A stretch of DNA of 64,000 bases from the human T2T-CHM13v2.0 reference genome, Homo sapiens. The stretch is taken from assembly GCF_009914755.1 (NCBI RefSeq), contig NC_060927.1. One strand, written 5' to 3'. Below, piece by piece: positions 26,264 to 41,299 of this stretch. The notes under the pieces are model-generated. The model did no database searches, had not been told where the DNA came from, and was given only the letters and a program-made list of their open reading frames with translations. Within the stretch, counting starts at the first letter, position 1, and every line of letters begins with the position of its first letter. Both the position numbers and the translations under genes were made by a program.

Positions 26264-27421
26264 ACTTAGTGTCTGACCTCAGAAGACAAGTGGCCTGCCT
26301 GTCACATGATTTATCTTGGTAAAAGTATCACCAGTTCCTCTGTCACCTTTGCTTGGTCAGGAGGAATCCACCTGTAGTAGAGTGGAGAATCCCTGTGAAC
26401 CCAAGTTGTATCCTGGCCTCCTGGGTGTTTTATATTAGCTTCAGGTCACAAGTGCCAGTCGGTGTTGTGCAGCACCCAGGAGACAGAAGCAAGTCAGCTA
26501 CAAGTGAAGCCTCTCATGTGGACAGCAGGTTCTCTAACATCTCCTGTTAAAGCAGCACATATTCTACCTTTGTTCTGATAGAAACCAATGTGTACTTCAA
26601 AGTGGCTTGAGGATCTCTTTAATTCTATAGTTTTGGTGAGTTTAGAAATACTTTAAGAAACTGGTTTCACTGTAGTTTACAAAATGCCCTTTTTGTGTGT
26701 CCATCAAAGTACTTTGTGTCTGACATCTGTGCTAATCTCTTGTGAGTTTCCATTTACAAGATGCCATTTTGATAAAATGCAGAAAGTGTCCATATGGTTA
26801 CACAATTGTGTCTCTCTGTCTGGAGAATGAAGGAAATGAAACTGGGGGATCCCCTAGAGGAACGACAGATCAATAACCATTTCACCAGGTGGCAAATTCA
26901 GTGGGTCCTATGAAGCAGTGTGTGCAGAGGGGAGAAATGAGTCATACTCTCTCATAATTCAAAAGAAAATGATATGTTCATTTGTGACAGCCACCTGGGC
27001 TAGATCACCTGGAGCTGTTTCTGGCACACTAAAGTAAAGAGCTCATCCTAACCTACCCTGTCCTCGAAAGTAGCATTCTCTACATAAGGCTTGCATAAGT
27101 GCTGCATTGGGCTCCTGATAGACAAATCAGTCAGACCTAACCGATGAACTCCACTTCTTCAGTAGTTTGGATAATTCTTTAATTTTGTCTGATAGTACTG
27201 AATTGCCTGAGAAAACCCACTGGTTTCTTGCACAGTACAGTCTGTGAATCAGGATTATTTTTTGTGGTTTTTATGTGAAAAAGTTGTACTTTTTAATCTT
27301 TTCCTCCTCTCCACTTTCAGAGCTCTCAGTGTGGTTTGGAGTGTGGTATGGCCCCAGAAGGCCAATAGAATCCTGTGATTTGCGCTCTAATAATCTGTAT
27401 CCTGCCTGCCTTTTTGGGGTC

Positions 27422-27785
27422 TATTAGTCCATTTTCACACTGCTATAAAGACATACCCAAGACTGGGTAATTTATAAAGAAAAGAGGTTTAATTAACTCG
27501 CAGTTCTGCATGGCTGGGGAGGCCTCAGGAAACTTACAATCATGGCAGAAAGGGTAGAGGCACATCTAACATGGCAGCAGGCGAGAGAGGCAAAAGTGAG
27601 TAGTGAAGAGGGAAGAGCCTCTTATAAAACCATCAAATCTTGTGAGAACTAACTCATTATCATGAGAAATCATGGAGAAACCACTCCCATGATCCAATCA
27701 CCTCCCACCAGGTCTCTCCCTAGACATGTGGGGATTATGGGGATTACAAGATGAGATCTGGGTGGGACACAGCCAAACCCTATCA
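27422..27785 (-). mobile_element. THE1/MSTA MaLR solo LTR
   Basis: TATTAGTCCATTTTCACACTGCTATAAAG ... ACAGCCAAACCCTATCA; 5-bp TSD GGGTC. Confidence 0.88.
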
Positions 27786-28589
27786 GGGTCTGAGCCTTAT
27801 GCCTATCTGGCCTCATTTTTCTTCCAAGAAATGCTTTGTGCTAGTGGGACTGTAAGCTAGACAAAAAGGTATCAAAGTGCTAAGGGAAAGAATATATGTA
27901 AGTGGCATGCATATCACAAGTGACAGCTTTTTTCCATGGAAGTTAAGATGGTCTCAGTGTCCCTAATTGGCACCTGCATATCTGTGTGCATGCACACTCT
28001 GAGGGTGTCATACATGCCTGAACCCACCCTGCAGAGACAGAGTGGACAGCTGTCCATGGGCTGTGATTGGATTTTGCTTCAGGGACCTCTCGACAACTAC
28101 CCCGGCTGGTCCAGGACAACTGCCTGCTGGAAATTCTCACAATCACTTATCTCTTTGGACTTAGGCATTGAAAGTTGTTTAAATGCAAATTATTTTCCAC
28201 AAGGTAGAGACATTATCATTCATTAATATTTGGGCTTTAATGAGTCTATCAACTTAGAAGAGAATGCGCCAGGGTCCTCTTTTGGTAATGGGAGCCAAAA
28301 AGCCAAACAGATGTGTTTTAATAACGACAGGTCGAAGAGGAAAGAGTAAGTTCTGAAATGTTGTAGAAACTAAAGCCACAGACTTAAGGAATAGCATGAT
28401 GACACCGGTGATATGGTAAGACACGAAATGAAAAAAGGGAAGTGGGAGAGTGGAAGATAAAATGCCTTTATAAGTCCACAGGTCATGTCTGCCTACGGCT
28501 CCTAGTGACTATCCTAAGCACAACTGTTTGTGGAGACTCTTGCTGAGACACTGATACATTTTACCTCTGCTGTAGCATTATTGCTTCAA

Positions 28590-29640
28590 AGGATTTATTC
28601 ATTTATTAAACACCTGGAGCATGCCTATACACCGTGGGCATATCAGGAAAACAAAACAGGCAAAACCCTCGCCCTCATGGAGCTTACATTTTAGTGGTGA
28701 GATGGGGAGAGACAACAGACACAATAAATAAGGAAAATATGGTATTAAATGGTGTTAGATGCTGTGGAGAAAAGTAAAGCAGTGAGGGGGTGCTGTTTTA
28801 AATAAGGTGGTCAGAGAAAGCTCACTAGATGATAGCATTTGAGTATAAAGTGAGTAAAGGGTGGGCAAGCCAGGCAGATGTCAATGTAGAGATCGTTTCA
28901 GGCAGAGGGGAAGGCCCATGCAAGGCCCTGCAACAGGAGCATGCCTGGTTTTTACAGGAAGATCGGGGATCGGGGAGTGGTCAGTGTGGCCAGCCCAAAG
29001 TGAGAAAGAGGAGAACAGCAGCAGATGAGATCAGAGAGATCAAGGGGCAGGGGCGGGAAGGGAGGCGGGGATGGGGAAGTTCAGTTCACACAGGGCCTTA
29101 GAAGACTTTAACGCTGAGTGAGTTTTGAGCAGGACAATAATATTATTCAACTTGCAATTTAAATAGGCTATCACAGGGGTTAGCAAACTTTTTCTGTAAA
29201 AGAGAAGAGATGGTAAATATTTTTTCAGTCCGTGAGGTCTCTTGCAACTCCCTGACTCTGACATTATAGCATGAAAGAGTCACAGACAAGGTAAACTAAT
29301 GAGTAGGGCTGTGTTCCAGTACAACTTTATTTACCAAAGCAGTTCATAGGACAGATTTTGCCCATGTTGACCCTTAGGCTATTGCAATAATCTGGAGGAG
29401 AGATGAAGGTGTTTTGGATCAGAATTGTAATAGTAGTGGAAGCAAGAAGGGGTCAGATACTGGCTATATTTTGAAGGTAGAGTCAGCAGGATTTGCTGTC
29501 AGACCAAATATTCCATGATTTTTGGTCTGAGCAGCTAGAGTCACACTGTTGAAATGGGGAAAACCAAAAGGCGAGGTAGGTAGGAGGAGAGGTATAAGGA
29601 ATCCATTTGGGACATGAAAATTTGAGATTCCTTTAGGTAA
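28590..29640 (-). mobile_element. L2 with nested MER58A (~29175-29370)
   Basis: L2 antisense text (CCCTCATGGAGCTTACATTTTAGTGG) flanking CAGGGGTTAGCAAACTTTTTCTGTAAA...GGCTGTGTTCCAGTACAACTTTATTTAC. Confidence 0.75.
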
Positions 29641-31099
29641 AGGAATTGGATTCAGTGTTCCCTAACTCCCCTTCTAGCTCTAATATTCTATGACTCTGCA
29701 ACTGTGAGAGAATGACGTCTACCCCAGTGGCTTCTGCTGTGATCATGTTCTTCAGGGAGACCTTCCACACTGCGTTACTCCATCCTTCCCAAATGCAATT
29801 GGTGATTATGTTGGCTAGAGATAAGTTGCTGGAAGGAAGAAATGCTGAAAGGGAGGCAACTGCCAGCTGAAACTAGCAGGGGGACTTGGAAGAGTGTCAT
29901 AAACAGTATATGTGCCGGAGGAGGCTTTGAGGGCTGGAGGCAAATTCCTGTGTATATTAGTTTCTGGGAGGTTACTTGTAATAGAGTATTGTCAGTGGAG
30001 CAGGCTAATTTTTAACGTGTTTTCAGAGAAGAGCAATGCAACTTCTTAAACTTCACATTTACTCCATGGTCAAAATGGCCACACTTCCACTGTGCTCACC
30101 CTCTGTAGAGATGCCCTGGAGCCCCACATGGATTCCGATGGCCTCTATATGTCTGCAGGACACAGCCATGGTTTTTGTCACTAGCTTCCACAGGCAATTT
30201 CCTCTGTCTTCTCTCTCATCTCTCATCACTGGGAGATATGTCTTCTGTCTGCCCAAATTCTTTCCACCCAAAATGTGGCTGTGTGCCAGTGGGATTGTTT
30301 GCTCTACGGAGAGCCGGCAAACCACTTTGGGAGTGAGCTGATAGCAATATATTTAAAATATGAGCGTTTATCAGAAGCAGCAGATGGAGGCAGCAGAGTG
30401 GAGCTTCCAGAACTGAGGGCAGGGAGTGTTTCATTCAAGTGTAAAGGCGCACCATCTAGACTCAGCTGGCACCAGCTCATGAAACCAGTGAAGAGAAGGA
30501 GGGAAAAAAAAGGCCACCTTTGTGCTAGGTTCGGAAGGTCACAGCGTTCCCTGACCTTAAGTCCTCAGTGCCTCAAAGACAGCATTCACTCTACGACTGG
30601 AAAAAACAAAAACCTTCCCGGTTGCTCTCTTTAATATTTTTTACTTCCTTAAAGCCTAGTAAATAGAAAAAAAATTCTGAAGCTCAGAACAAATGGAAAT
30701 ATAGCCCATTTCATTTATGTATGCATGCATTAATTCATTCGACAAATGTTTGTTACATGGCTCAGACATGGCAGAATCTATGGAATACTCTGGGGCAGAG
30801 AACAATGAGGCAGAGAGATATGTTGTAATTATTAAAGATTAAACATGTTGAAAGTATTTTAATTTTAATTTTTTATCACTGTCTCCTAACCCACCCCTAA
30901 AAATAAAAAATATATTCACAGCCTCTTCCACTATTTGATCTAAAAGAAGTATATGTTTTAGTGGTAAATTTCCTCAGGGTACAAGTAACAAACTCAACGC
31001 ATTAGTGGGAAAAGGACAACAATATTAATTTCAAATCACCAGTTTGAGAAGAGTACCATGATGGTAGCATCCATTTGGAAAGGTCAGTTTTAACAGCTG

Positions 31100-31355
31100 A
31101 TGGGTGTCCAGTATGACAGGTGTCCTTATAAGAAGAGGACAGACAGAGATGAGGAAAAAATGCCATGTGAAGACAGAGGAATAGAGTGATGCATCTACAA
31201 GCCAAGGAATACCTGAGATCACCAAAAGCGGAGAGAGGCATAGAACCACAGCTTCTTCCCTAGAGCCTTCAGAGGGAACGTGGCCCTGCCAGTACCTTGA
31301 TTTCAGACTTCTGGCCTCCACAACTGCGAGACAACAAATTTCTCTCTTTTCAAGC
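31100..31355 (+). mobile_element. MLT1 (B/C-like) fragment
   Basis: GGTGTCCTTATAAGAAGAGG...CCCTAGAGCCTTCAGAGGGAACGTGGCCCTGCC...TTTCAGACTTCTGGCCTCCA. Confidence 0.8.
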
Positions 31356-31561
31356 CAGAGAGAGGGAGACTCTTGCTCTGCTAACAGCTGAGTACACTAA
31401 AAAGGACTGGGTTAGAACTACATTTAGGGGAGCTGAGAGAGCACCGTGGAAGGAAAGAACCAGGAAATCCCCAGGGATGGAGAGGGAAACTGTGTCACTC
31501 TCAATTGACTTCCTTCCTTCCTTCCAATGAGGCTTGAAGGAAGCTTTAGAGTGTATCAGGC

Positions 31562-32008
31562 TGTCTTAGTTCATTTGTGTTGCTATAAAGGAATACCCAA
31601 GGCTGGGTAAATTATAAAGACATGAATTTTATTTGGTTCATGGTTCTGCAGGCTGTATAAGAAGCATGGTGCCAGCATCTGCTTCTGGTGAAGGCTTCAA
31701 GCCACTTGCACTCATGGCGGAAGGCAAAGGGGAGCTGATGTGTACAGAGATCACATGGCAAAAGGGAGGAAGCAAGAGGGAGGATACAAGAGAGAGGGGA
31801 GGGAGATACCAGGCTCTTTTTAATAACTAGCTCTCTCAGGAACTTATAGCAAGAGCTCACTTACCCCTCCTCCCCTAGGAAGGCCATTCATCTGTTCATC
31901 AGGAATGAGCCCCTATGACCCAAATAATTACCAGTAAGCCCCACCTCCAACACTGGGGATCAGATTTCAACATGAGGTTTAGAGGGTCAAATATCCAAAC
32001 TATAGGCA
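31562..32008 (-). mobile_element. MST (MSTB-like) MaLR LTR
   Basis: TGTCTTAGTTCATTTGTGTTGCTATAAAGGAATACC ... AATATCCAAACTATAG. Confidence 0.85.
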
Positions 32009-32009
32009 G

Positions 32010-32880
32010 ACCAATATTCTCAGTAGGAAAGGCATTGGCCTCTCGGGGAGTTTGGAAATTTTAGCGGTCATTACTAGTGATGACATCACTGATGGCAGGA
32101 CAGCTCTGGCATTTGGTGGATGAAGGCCAGATATGCTAGATGTCCTGCTGTGCTATGGTTTAATCTTATACAACAAAGAATCATCCTGCATCCAGCATGA
32201 TGTTTGAATGTCTCGCAAGATATCCATGTAGGTGAAAATGTGGTTATAATTATCTGAACCTAAAACCTAACTCATGTCACATATACACACAAAGCATACT
32301 TTACACAATTTTAATGAAAGCTGCATTTTCCAGAAATATGAATGCCTTATGAATCAAAGGAATATTTTGTTTAGCTATCTTTGGAACTTTGCCAAAAGCA
32401 GTTCACCATCTTGGAAAATCACATCACTGACTATCTCATTGCTCATGTATTTGTGTGCCCAATGTAATACACCTGAATCAGTCTTGTATCTGTCAATCCC
32501 CAGTGATCCTAAGCAAACATCTCATTACTTTGTTATGTCTTTGAGTATAGTTGTACCAACACATTTAAATAAAGAAATAGGGAGGGAGAGCAGTAGGACA
32601 AATACCTAACACATACAGGGCTTAAAACCTAGATGACAGGTTGATGGGTGCAGCAAACCACCATGGCACATATATACCTATGTAACAAACCTGCATGTTC
32701 TGCACATGTATCCTAGAACTTTAAGTATAGTTAAAAATAAATAAATAGATCTTTTATTTCACATTACTTGTCTTTTTAAATATTATAGTGGAAGCATTAT
32801 ATTGAATTTTTTAAGTTATGAGTATAGATAGTATAAGTTATCCATAACATTTATTCCAAGATTGTAAAGAGCAGGTTAAT
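32010..32880. mobile_element. hAT-Charlie (MER20B-like) fossil interrupted by a 5'-truncated L1PA 3' end (32581-32748, +)
   Basis: L1PA tail GGCTTAAAACCTAGATGACAGGTTGATGGGTGCAGCAAACCACCATGGCAC; near-TSD AAATAAAGAAATAG / AAATAAATAAATAG. Confidence 0.65.
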
Positions 32881-32964
32881 GTTATTTAATATATGCCAAG
32901 TGGAGCAATGGGTCTATAAGGATGAGAACCAGTGAGATGGGCAAAGTAGGAAGGAAGAACATTT

Positions 32965-34355
<1,391 letters not shown>

Positions 34356-37224
34356 TTACTCACACAACACACACCCTGCCTACACTGCTATCTTTACTAT
34401 ACCACTGGTTCACAGATGTTTGCAGGGTGGTGAATTTGAGGTGGTCCTATGAGACAATAGGCCTGGTGTCCCCATTTCGTGTACTTAACCATGTCAAACT
34501 CCACCAACACCATGCTGCTAGACTTCAGTGAGTGCTAGGGGCCAGGTCTTTGTCCATAATCATAAACAACATAGCTCTAGGAAGAAACTTTATAAATAAG
34601 GAAATGGAAGCTTGTAGAGACCAGATAATTTGCCTCAGGTCACAGAGAGAGAAGAGAAGGTGAATCTAGCCTGATCCCATTTCTTTTCTCACTGAGGCTA
34701 CAATTCATTTCCTCTAACCTCTCCCAGTCCTACCGAAGTAAAGCTGTCTCTCAAACAGCATGCCGGTTCACATCTCTGCACCTCAGAGTACTTCTGCTTG
34801 CAATCCTCCTCTCTGATATTTAACTGTCAAAGTCCTACCTAGTAATCTGTCAAAATCCTACCCAGTGATCACCACATCTGTGAAGACTCTTCTAAGCCTC
34901 CCGACTTGATGCCCAGTACATATTTCCCATCTTGCACGTATCGTGCTGCACTGTAACTGTGTGTTTACAAGTCCCTTTCTCTCTCAAGGCTGTGGGCTCC
35001 ATCGCTGTGTCTGGTCCAATAAAGACTTTTGAAGTGAACTGGTGTGCATAGTCATTAGCGGGTTCTCTGTAAATTTCATGGATTGTAATAATGCCTGGAA
35101 AGTATAAGCCAGTTTCTAAAGAAAGTAGATGTTAGCAATGGACAAAAAAAGTGGCTTGGAAAATGATAATCTTTTAACACATTATTTACATATACAACTT
35201 TTTATTAAAAATGGGTTTCACAATGGACTCTCCCTCCTCCCTGTCATCCCTCACCAGTAACATTAGGCTTAATTATTTAAATTAATTGAGTGGGAGTCAG
35301 TATTTAATTTAAAGTCTAATTCTTATTAGGATTTTAATAAATAACATTTAATAACTACCAATTACACTTCAGCATATAAGAACGCTTAATTCTTAACATT
35401 ATTAATTTTTAAATAGAATCTAATGGAAACAATTTCTCCACATGGAAGTCTACACCTTGACCAAGTTTGAATTCTAAGTCTTAGCCTTGGTTCTCTTTGT
35501 ATTGCTCATGCCTGCTGCTTTCTCTCTCTGTTTTCCTATTCTTGAGTGGGTTTTATGTGAAAGAAGATGGACTTCCTTCAGGCCTACAATAAAGTGACAC
35601 TGACTTAAGAAAAACAAAATATCATTTATTTTTATACACAAGAAGATATAAAATTTCTACGAATGAGCAGATTTGGGTTTGAACATTAAACTCCATCATT
35701 CACATGCTGCATTGTTCAGTAGCATGTGTTTAATTTTATCATAAATTATCAAGTACTTTAAAAAACATGTAAAATCCTGTTTTCTGACTTTTGTAATTCA
35801 GATAACATTCTGGAATGGGACACACACACACACAGACACACACTTATATCTCCCTAAAACCACTGCATTAGTTAGGATCTTCAGGGAACAGTCACCCAGA
35901 TAACCTAAAGTAATATAAGTTTATTGTAAGATCATATGTCTCAAACCGAGGTAGCCATATCTCAAGGGATTACATGGCATTAGCCAAAAATTATGAGAAG
36001 TAACTGAAACAAAAAATATGCCATGTCTCTCTAAATTATCCATTTTAAATGAATACAACATTTTTAATAAAAAATAATACCAATCTCTCAAGGAGGAAAA
36101 TGTAGATGGAATTTTGAAGATGAAAACAACATGAGATGGCAAAGAAATGCTAAGCTCGTGATAAGCCTCTTGGGCTATGCCCCAGACTGCTAGTAGTACT
36201 AGCACCTTCTTTTCTTTTCTTTCATTTAGCAGAAAAGTCAGAAAAGTGTTGTATAAGATTCACATAGAAATAAGGACAAGAACAAGAACTGCACAAGAGT
36301 TGACACTGGAGACTGGAATGCTACTCAAAGAACAGAATTCCCCCAAACATCCAAGATGACCCCTAGCAACTGAATTATCTTGACATCACCTCAGCAGTAG
36401 AGTGCTGTTAGGTAACTCTGGCAACGGTATACATATAATCTGCTTCAGCAGTCCTTATTCCCACCAACCAACTATTCCTGCCCTTTATTTATCTTTTGGT
36501 TACAGCTTCCTTATACTTTTGCCCACTTCTAATTTCAATATACCCAATGGCTTTTCACAACATCTACAGTTGACTTTCTCTCTGGGTATCTTCTGCTCCT
36601 GCTCCATCTTCCAAATGCTCAAACTAATTTGTGCATTAAATGTAAAAAAAAAAAAAAATCACCCGAAGAGGGCATATCATTCCTTCAATTAATCACCAGC
36701 ATCCCTGTTTTGACACAGATTTTGTGCCATGCTGTCCATATCGCACCGGCCAGTCTACATGTTATTTGACTTTGAGTTCACTTCCCACTTTTGGCAAGCC
36801 TGGCTGTTGTTCTGTAGCAGGGTAACACAGGCTAAGAATTGAGATATGTCAACTTAAGGATTCACCGTGGTCAAGTTTCCTCTGCAGAAGACCATGGAAG
36901 TGTGTCATGGGCATTCTGACTCTTGCCTTCTTCAAAATAGCCCCACTAACAGATGTCAGCAACTGATTCCTTTGGAAGGATAAACAAATGGTATAACCAG
37001 ATAAGGCTTTGAAGGCTTTGCAATGGACCCCAAATTATAACTAGTTACACAGAAATTTAAAGAATGGAATGAATCTCTGTTTGGATAGATGTCCTATATA
37101 ATGCAGGTATCCTTTCTTATTTATTTTCCTTTCCTTTTTTTTAAGTTTTGTATTTCAGCTACAATGGTTTCAGTTAAACATACTTCTTAGTTCCTATTCC
37201 ACCGTTACTACTGGTTCATCACCT

Positions 37225-37599
37225 CTTTAGTCCTTTAGTGCTACTGTAACAAAATATCAGTGGCTAGGTAATTTATAAAGAACAGAATTTTATTTCTCTC
37301 AGTTCTGGAGGCTGGGAGTCCAGGATACAGATGCCAGCAGGTTTGGTGTCTGGTAAGAACCTGGACTCTGTTTCCAAGACGGTGCCTGTTGCTTTATCCT
37401 CTGGAGGGGGGTAATGCAGTGTCCTCACGTGGTGGAAGGGATGGGAGGGCAAAAGGGTGCTTCCTCCAGCCTTGAGGTCTAAAGGGCCTAATGCTAATAC
37501 CATTTTTTAGGATGAAGCCCTGGTGACTTAACTACCTCTTAAAGGCTACACCTGTCAATACTGTTGCATTGAGGGGGCGAAAACATTTAAGCCCTAGCA
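37225..37599 (-). mobile_element. MST/MLT1A-type MaLR LTR
   Basis: GGTAATTTATAAAGAACAGAATTTTATTTCTCTCAGTTCTGGAGGCTGGGAGTCCAGGAT. Confidence 0.75.
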
Positions 37600-37659
37600 C
37601 CTCCGTTGATTGGTTGATTGATTGGAATCCTTTTCACAATCTCTGATAGAGATTTTAAC

Positions 37660-38660
37660 ATACTTCTGGAACTTACTATCTCATAAGGGCAACAGCCTAT
37701 TTCATATATTGAACTTGCTAATTCTTAGGTAATTCTTTCATACATTAAACCAAAAATAACTTTCCCTTAACTTTGCCCTAATGTCCTCAGTTCTTTCTTG
37801 CAGAACCATATAGAAAATGTCTATTTCTTCCCCCAACACAATAGCCTTTCAACCCTATAAGGTTGGCTATTAAAGAAAGTTTTCACTTTTCTATGTGAAA
37901 CATAGTCTGTTCTTTCATTAATTCTTCATATGATGTGGGTTTAAGGCACTTTACTACCTAGTCACTTTCCCTTGGACACACTCTAGTTTGATAATGTCTT
38001 TTTAAAAAATATGTATATATTTAAATATTTAAAAATAGATATGCTCTGCCATTGCAGAACATGATGGGTACAACCTTGCCCCTCCCTTCTCTAGTTTTGG
38101 TTTTTATTAATGCATCCTAAAATTTGTATCAGTCTTTTTTGGAAATAATATCACATTTTTGACTCTCATTGAACTTTAAATCTTTTTCAAGTGAACTGCT
38201 GTCAATTCAAAGCTTTCTACCTTGTATTTAAGTAGTTGATTCTTTGAACTTAGATGCAGAATTTAACATTTAACCCTATTAAATTGTATATTGTTAATTT
38301 CATTCCATCCTTCTCCTTTTCCAAGGTCTTTTTCAAATTTGATTCTTTAATATTGTCTATCAGCTTTACCTCCAACTTTCAGCGATCTACAAGCTTGATA
38401 GGCAAAGTTTTTATTGAAATTCACCCAATTCACTGATTAAAACGTTTACAATTTCAGAATAGAAGACAAAGAATCACTTTTAGTAGTGGTTCTAAAATTT
38501 TAGTGTGCAAAATAATAACCCAGGACATTTGCTAAATGTGCAGATCCCCAAGTCCCATTTCCAGAAATTTTGATTTAATAAGTCTGGGATGTGATTCCAG
38601 GAATGTGCATTTTTAACTAGCACCACATTTGATTCTGATGCTTTTTGTCCTAGGCCACGC
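37660..38660. mobile_element. Highly diverged CR1/L3 fragment followed by MER5B-like element (38480-38660)
   Basis: CR1-like antisense text; GTGGTTCTAAAATTTTAGTGTGCA...CAGGAATGTGCATTTTTAAC. Confidence 0.45.
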
Positions 38661-39649
38661 CTTTAGACAGATCTTCGAAATTTTCCTTTTGGTCTAAATT
38701 GACATTAACATGTTCATTAATTTTTAATAGGGTGCTTTTTTTTAGTACAGTGTTGGACACATGATTAATACTGAATGAATGACTGAACAAAAGAAAGAAT
38801 GAAGGGTGGAAGCAGTGCTCAGCTAATAATTCAGCTATATTTCTTCATTTTAGTCACAAAGCCAGTACGATCAGTTTTTTCAAATGCTTTGTTGTAATTG
38901 AATTATATTATGTCTTTGATGTTCCACACCGAGGGAAAAAAAAATTTATTTTGCATGACCTTTTCTTAATGAACATATGTTGTCTCTTAGTGATCATTGC
39001 TTTCCTTTCTAAGTGCTCACAAATCACATATTTAACTCTTCTGTCTAGAATTTCATTGAAAATTAAAAGGCGTGTTATATTTAAACCTGGAAATCTCCCG
39101 TTACGAGTTCTTGCTTTACTTTTAAGAAATTAGGGCATAGGTGTAGTGTTTTACTTATTTGCTATGCTTTAGGCCATGTTAGTTGTCTTTTATGTCTTAA
39201 TATGTTTGCAGATAAAGAAGAACTCAAGTACTGGACACTTCGACAAAAAGAAATGTCTTACTTTTTCCTAGAATTCATATTTACAAAAACTTTCAAAATC
39301 TACAGGAAGACTCAAATAATATTACAATGTTCTTAATCTAGAGCAACAATTGTTAGCATTTTGCTCTATTTGTTTTTTCGTATCTAGCAAGATATATAGC
39401 TAGCTAGATTTTCCCTTCCCCGCCTCCCGAACCAATTGACTGCCATGTAGTTTAGTCTCCTTCAGTCTAGAACAATTTCTCTGCACTGCTTTCTGCCTTT
39501 CAGAATGCATGCCTGAATTCTCTGATTATACTTTTTGGTTTTCTCTGTTTGTTTAGTTGAGTTTTGGCTTTTGAGCCATGTAAAGTTTTATATTTTCAAA
39601 AAATAAAATTAAAGAGGATTAAAAATAGCAAATTTTAAAATTGTTCCTA

Positions 39650-40235
39650 AATGGGAACTGGAGTGACACATCACAGTGTTCATCATCAATTTTAGGGAAG
39701 CCAGAGAAGGCTGATCCAAAGTACAGAAGAGAGGGAAGGAAGGCTGGGCAGAAGAATACTAGACCGCTGTGAAGGTTCGGGAACATTCAGCAAGGTCATC
39801 GGGGATGTCTCTAGATAAAAATCAGCCATCAGATCAGTCCCCTGCTCCCAGCAAGGGGCCTGCCTCAGTATCCCCGCTGGCTCTGTTATCGGCAGGGAGC
39901 ATCCAGGACAAGGCGCGGCCTACGCGGTGCAACGCAGCCATGGATTTCAGATCTCAGCCCCGGGGGCTGTGGGAGGAAACCTGAGGTGACTCTCAGGGTT
40001 GCCAAGTCAAGGCCCAGCCCCTTTCGCGGGGTGGCTGGGTGATTGACTGCAGGGGTATCAAGGACCCATCTCTAGCCCCAAGTCAGGAAAGATGTGGTGG
40101 TCCCCACTGAGGCTCTGTCAAGATTTCATCGCAGCTCGACCTTTTGCTCTGCTCTGCTCAATCCTGCTTCCTTCCCTTTGCTGTCCCTGGGGCTGATTGT
40201 AAGTGCACCCCCTAATAAGCCGCCTGCGTGCCCAT
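39650..40235. mobile_element. Two oppositely oriented LTR16-like (ERVL) fragments
   Basis: GGGCCTGCCTCAGTATCCCCGCT...ATGGATTTCAGA (antisense) and CAATCCTGCTTCCTTCCC...CCCCTAATAAGC (sense). Confidence 0.55.
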
Positions 40236-41054
40236 CGGCAAGCACTGCTCCCAGCTCTTATTACCCTGTTAACACATATGCAATCCTCACAACGCTGAGG
40301 TGGGTGCCGTTAGCATCTTCAGTTTATGCATGAGGAAACTAAGGAACAGAGACTGGCTAAGTGGCTGCCCAAAGGAATTCATGCGCCTGGGAGGTAGCGA
40401 AGACTCGCCTCAAACATAGACACGCTGACTCCCTGCCGCCCCCTTATCTGCCACTCACTGCTCTTCTCTGTGATATAGAGATTGCTGTTAGCATACCCAG
40501 TATCGTAGTCTTATGATATTTCCCAGATGCTTTCCTAAGCAGAAATGTAGAAAAACTTCCTGGGGATTTAGCGTAGGTGGAGATTTGCCCGGATTGTGTG
40601 AAGGCAGTTCCAACCTGAATCTATTCATCCCCAGGGCTTTAGCTCCAACCTGGAGAACTAGCTTCACCCGGTAAGCTGCATTCCCCAGCACTCAGTTTTC
40701 CTCTGGCAGCGTGATACACCTGCCACTCCCATTCTGCAAAAGGAAAGACTATGTACAGCACAAATACCGAAATGGGAGATAAATACTCTTCTTTTCCCTA
40801 AGACAAGAGCTGGTTCTTGTTTCCTGACCCATTTGACTGCACATTCAGAGCTTGTATAATGCAGCTAAACTAGCCTATTTAGCATTTATGCAATCTGCTC
40901 TGTTTTCCACAAGCTCTTTAAGATATGACTTTAAAAAATCTTCATAACGGCAAGGTCGCAATAGCCATTTCTATAGGGAGACTGAGGAATGATCAAGACT
41001 ATGGTTGATTTAGGGTGGGGAAATCTTTCCACTCCGATAAGCTTCTCAGGCGTT

Positions 41055-41170
41055 GGAAGGAGGATCAATTGTCCCAGGTTTCCTTGGGGCTGACAGGTTT
41101 CCCAGGACATGGGACTCTTCCTGTCTGAAACTGGGAGAGTCACAGGTAAACTGCGACAATTGGTCACCCT
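41055..41170. mobile_element. MER94-like hAT-Blackjack MITE
   Basis: AATTGTCCCAGGTTT...AAACTGGGAGAGTC...AATTGGTCACCCT terminal. Confidence 0.6.
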
Positions 41171-41299
41171 ACAATGGACACTTTATGGCCTAGCATTGCT
41201 ATGTTACAGGAATATCTGCCCCTCTACTGTAACTACTTTGCATTATTTCAAAAAACACTGATTTTTTTTATTATTAACCTAGGAAATTCCCTATGGAAA

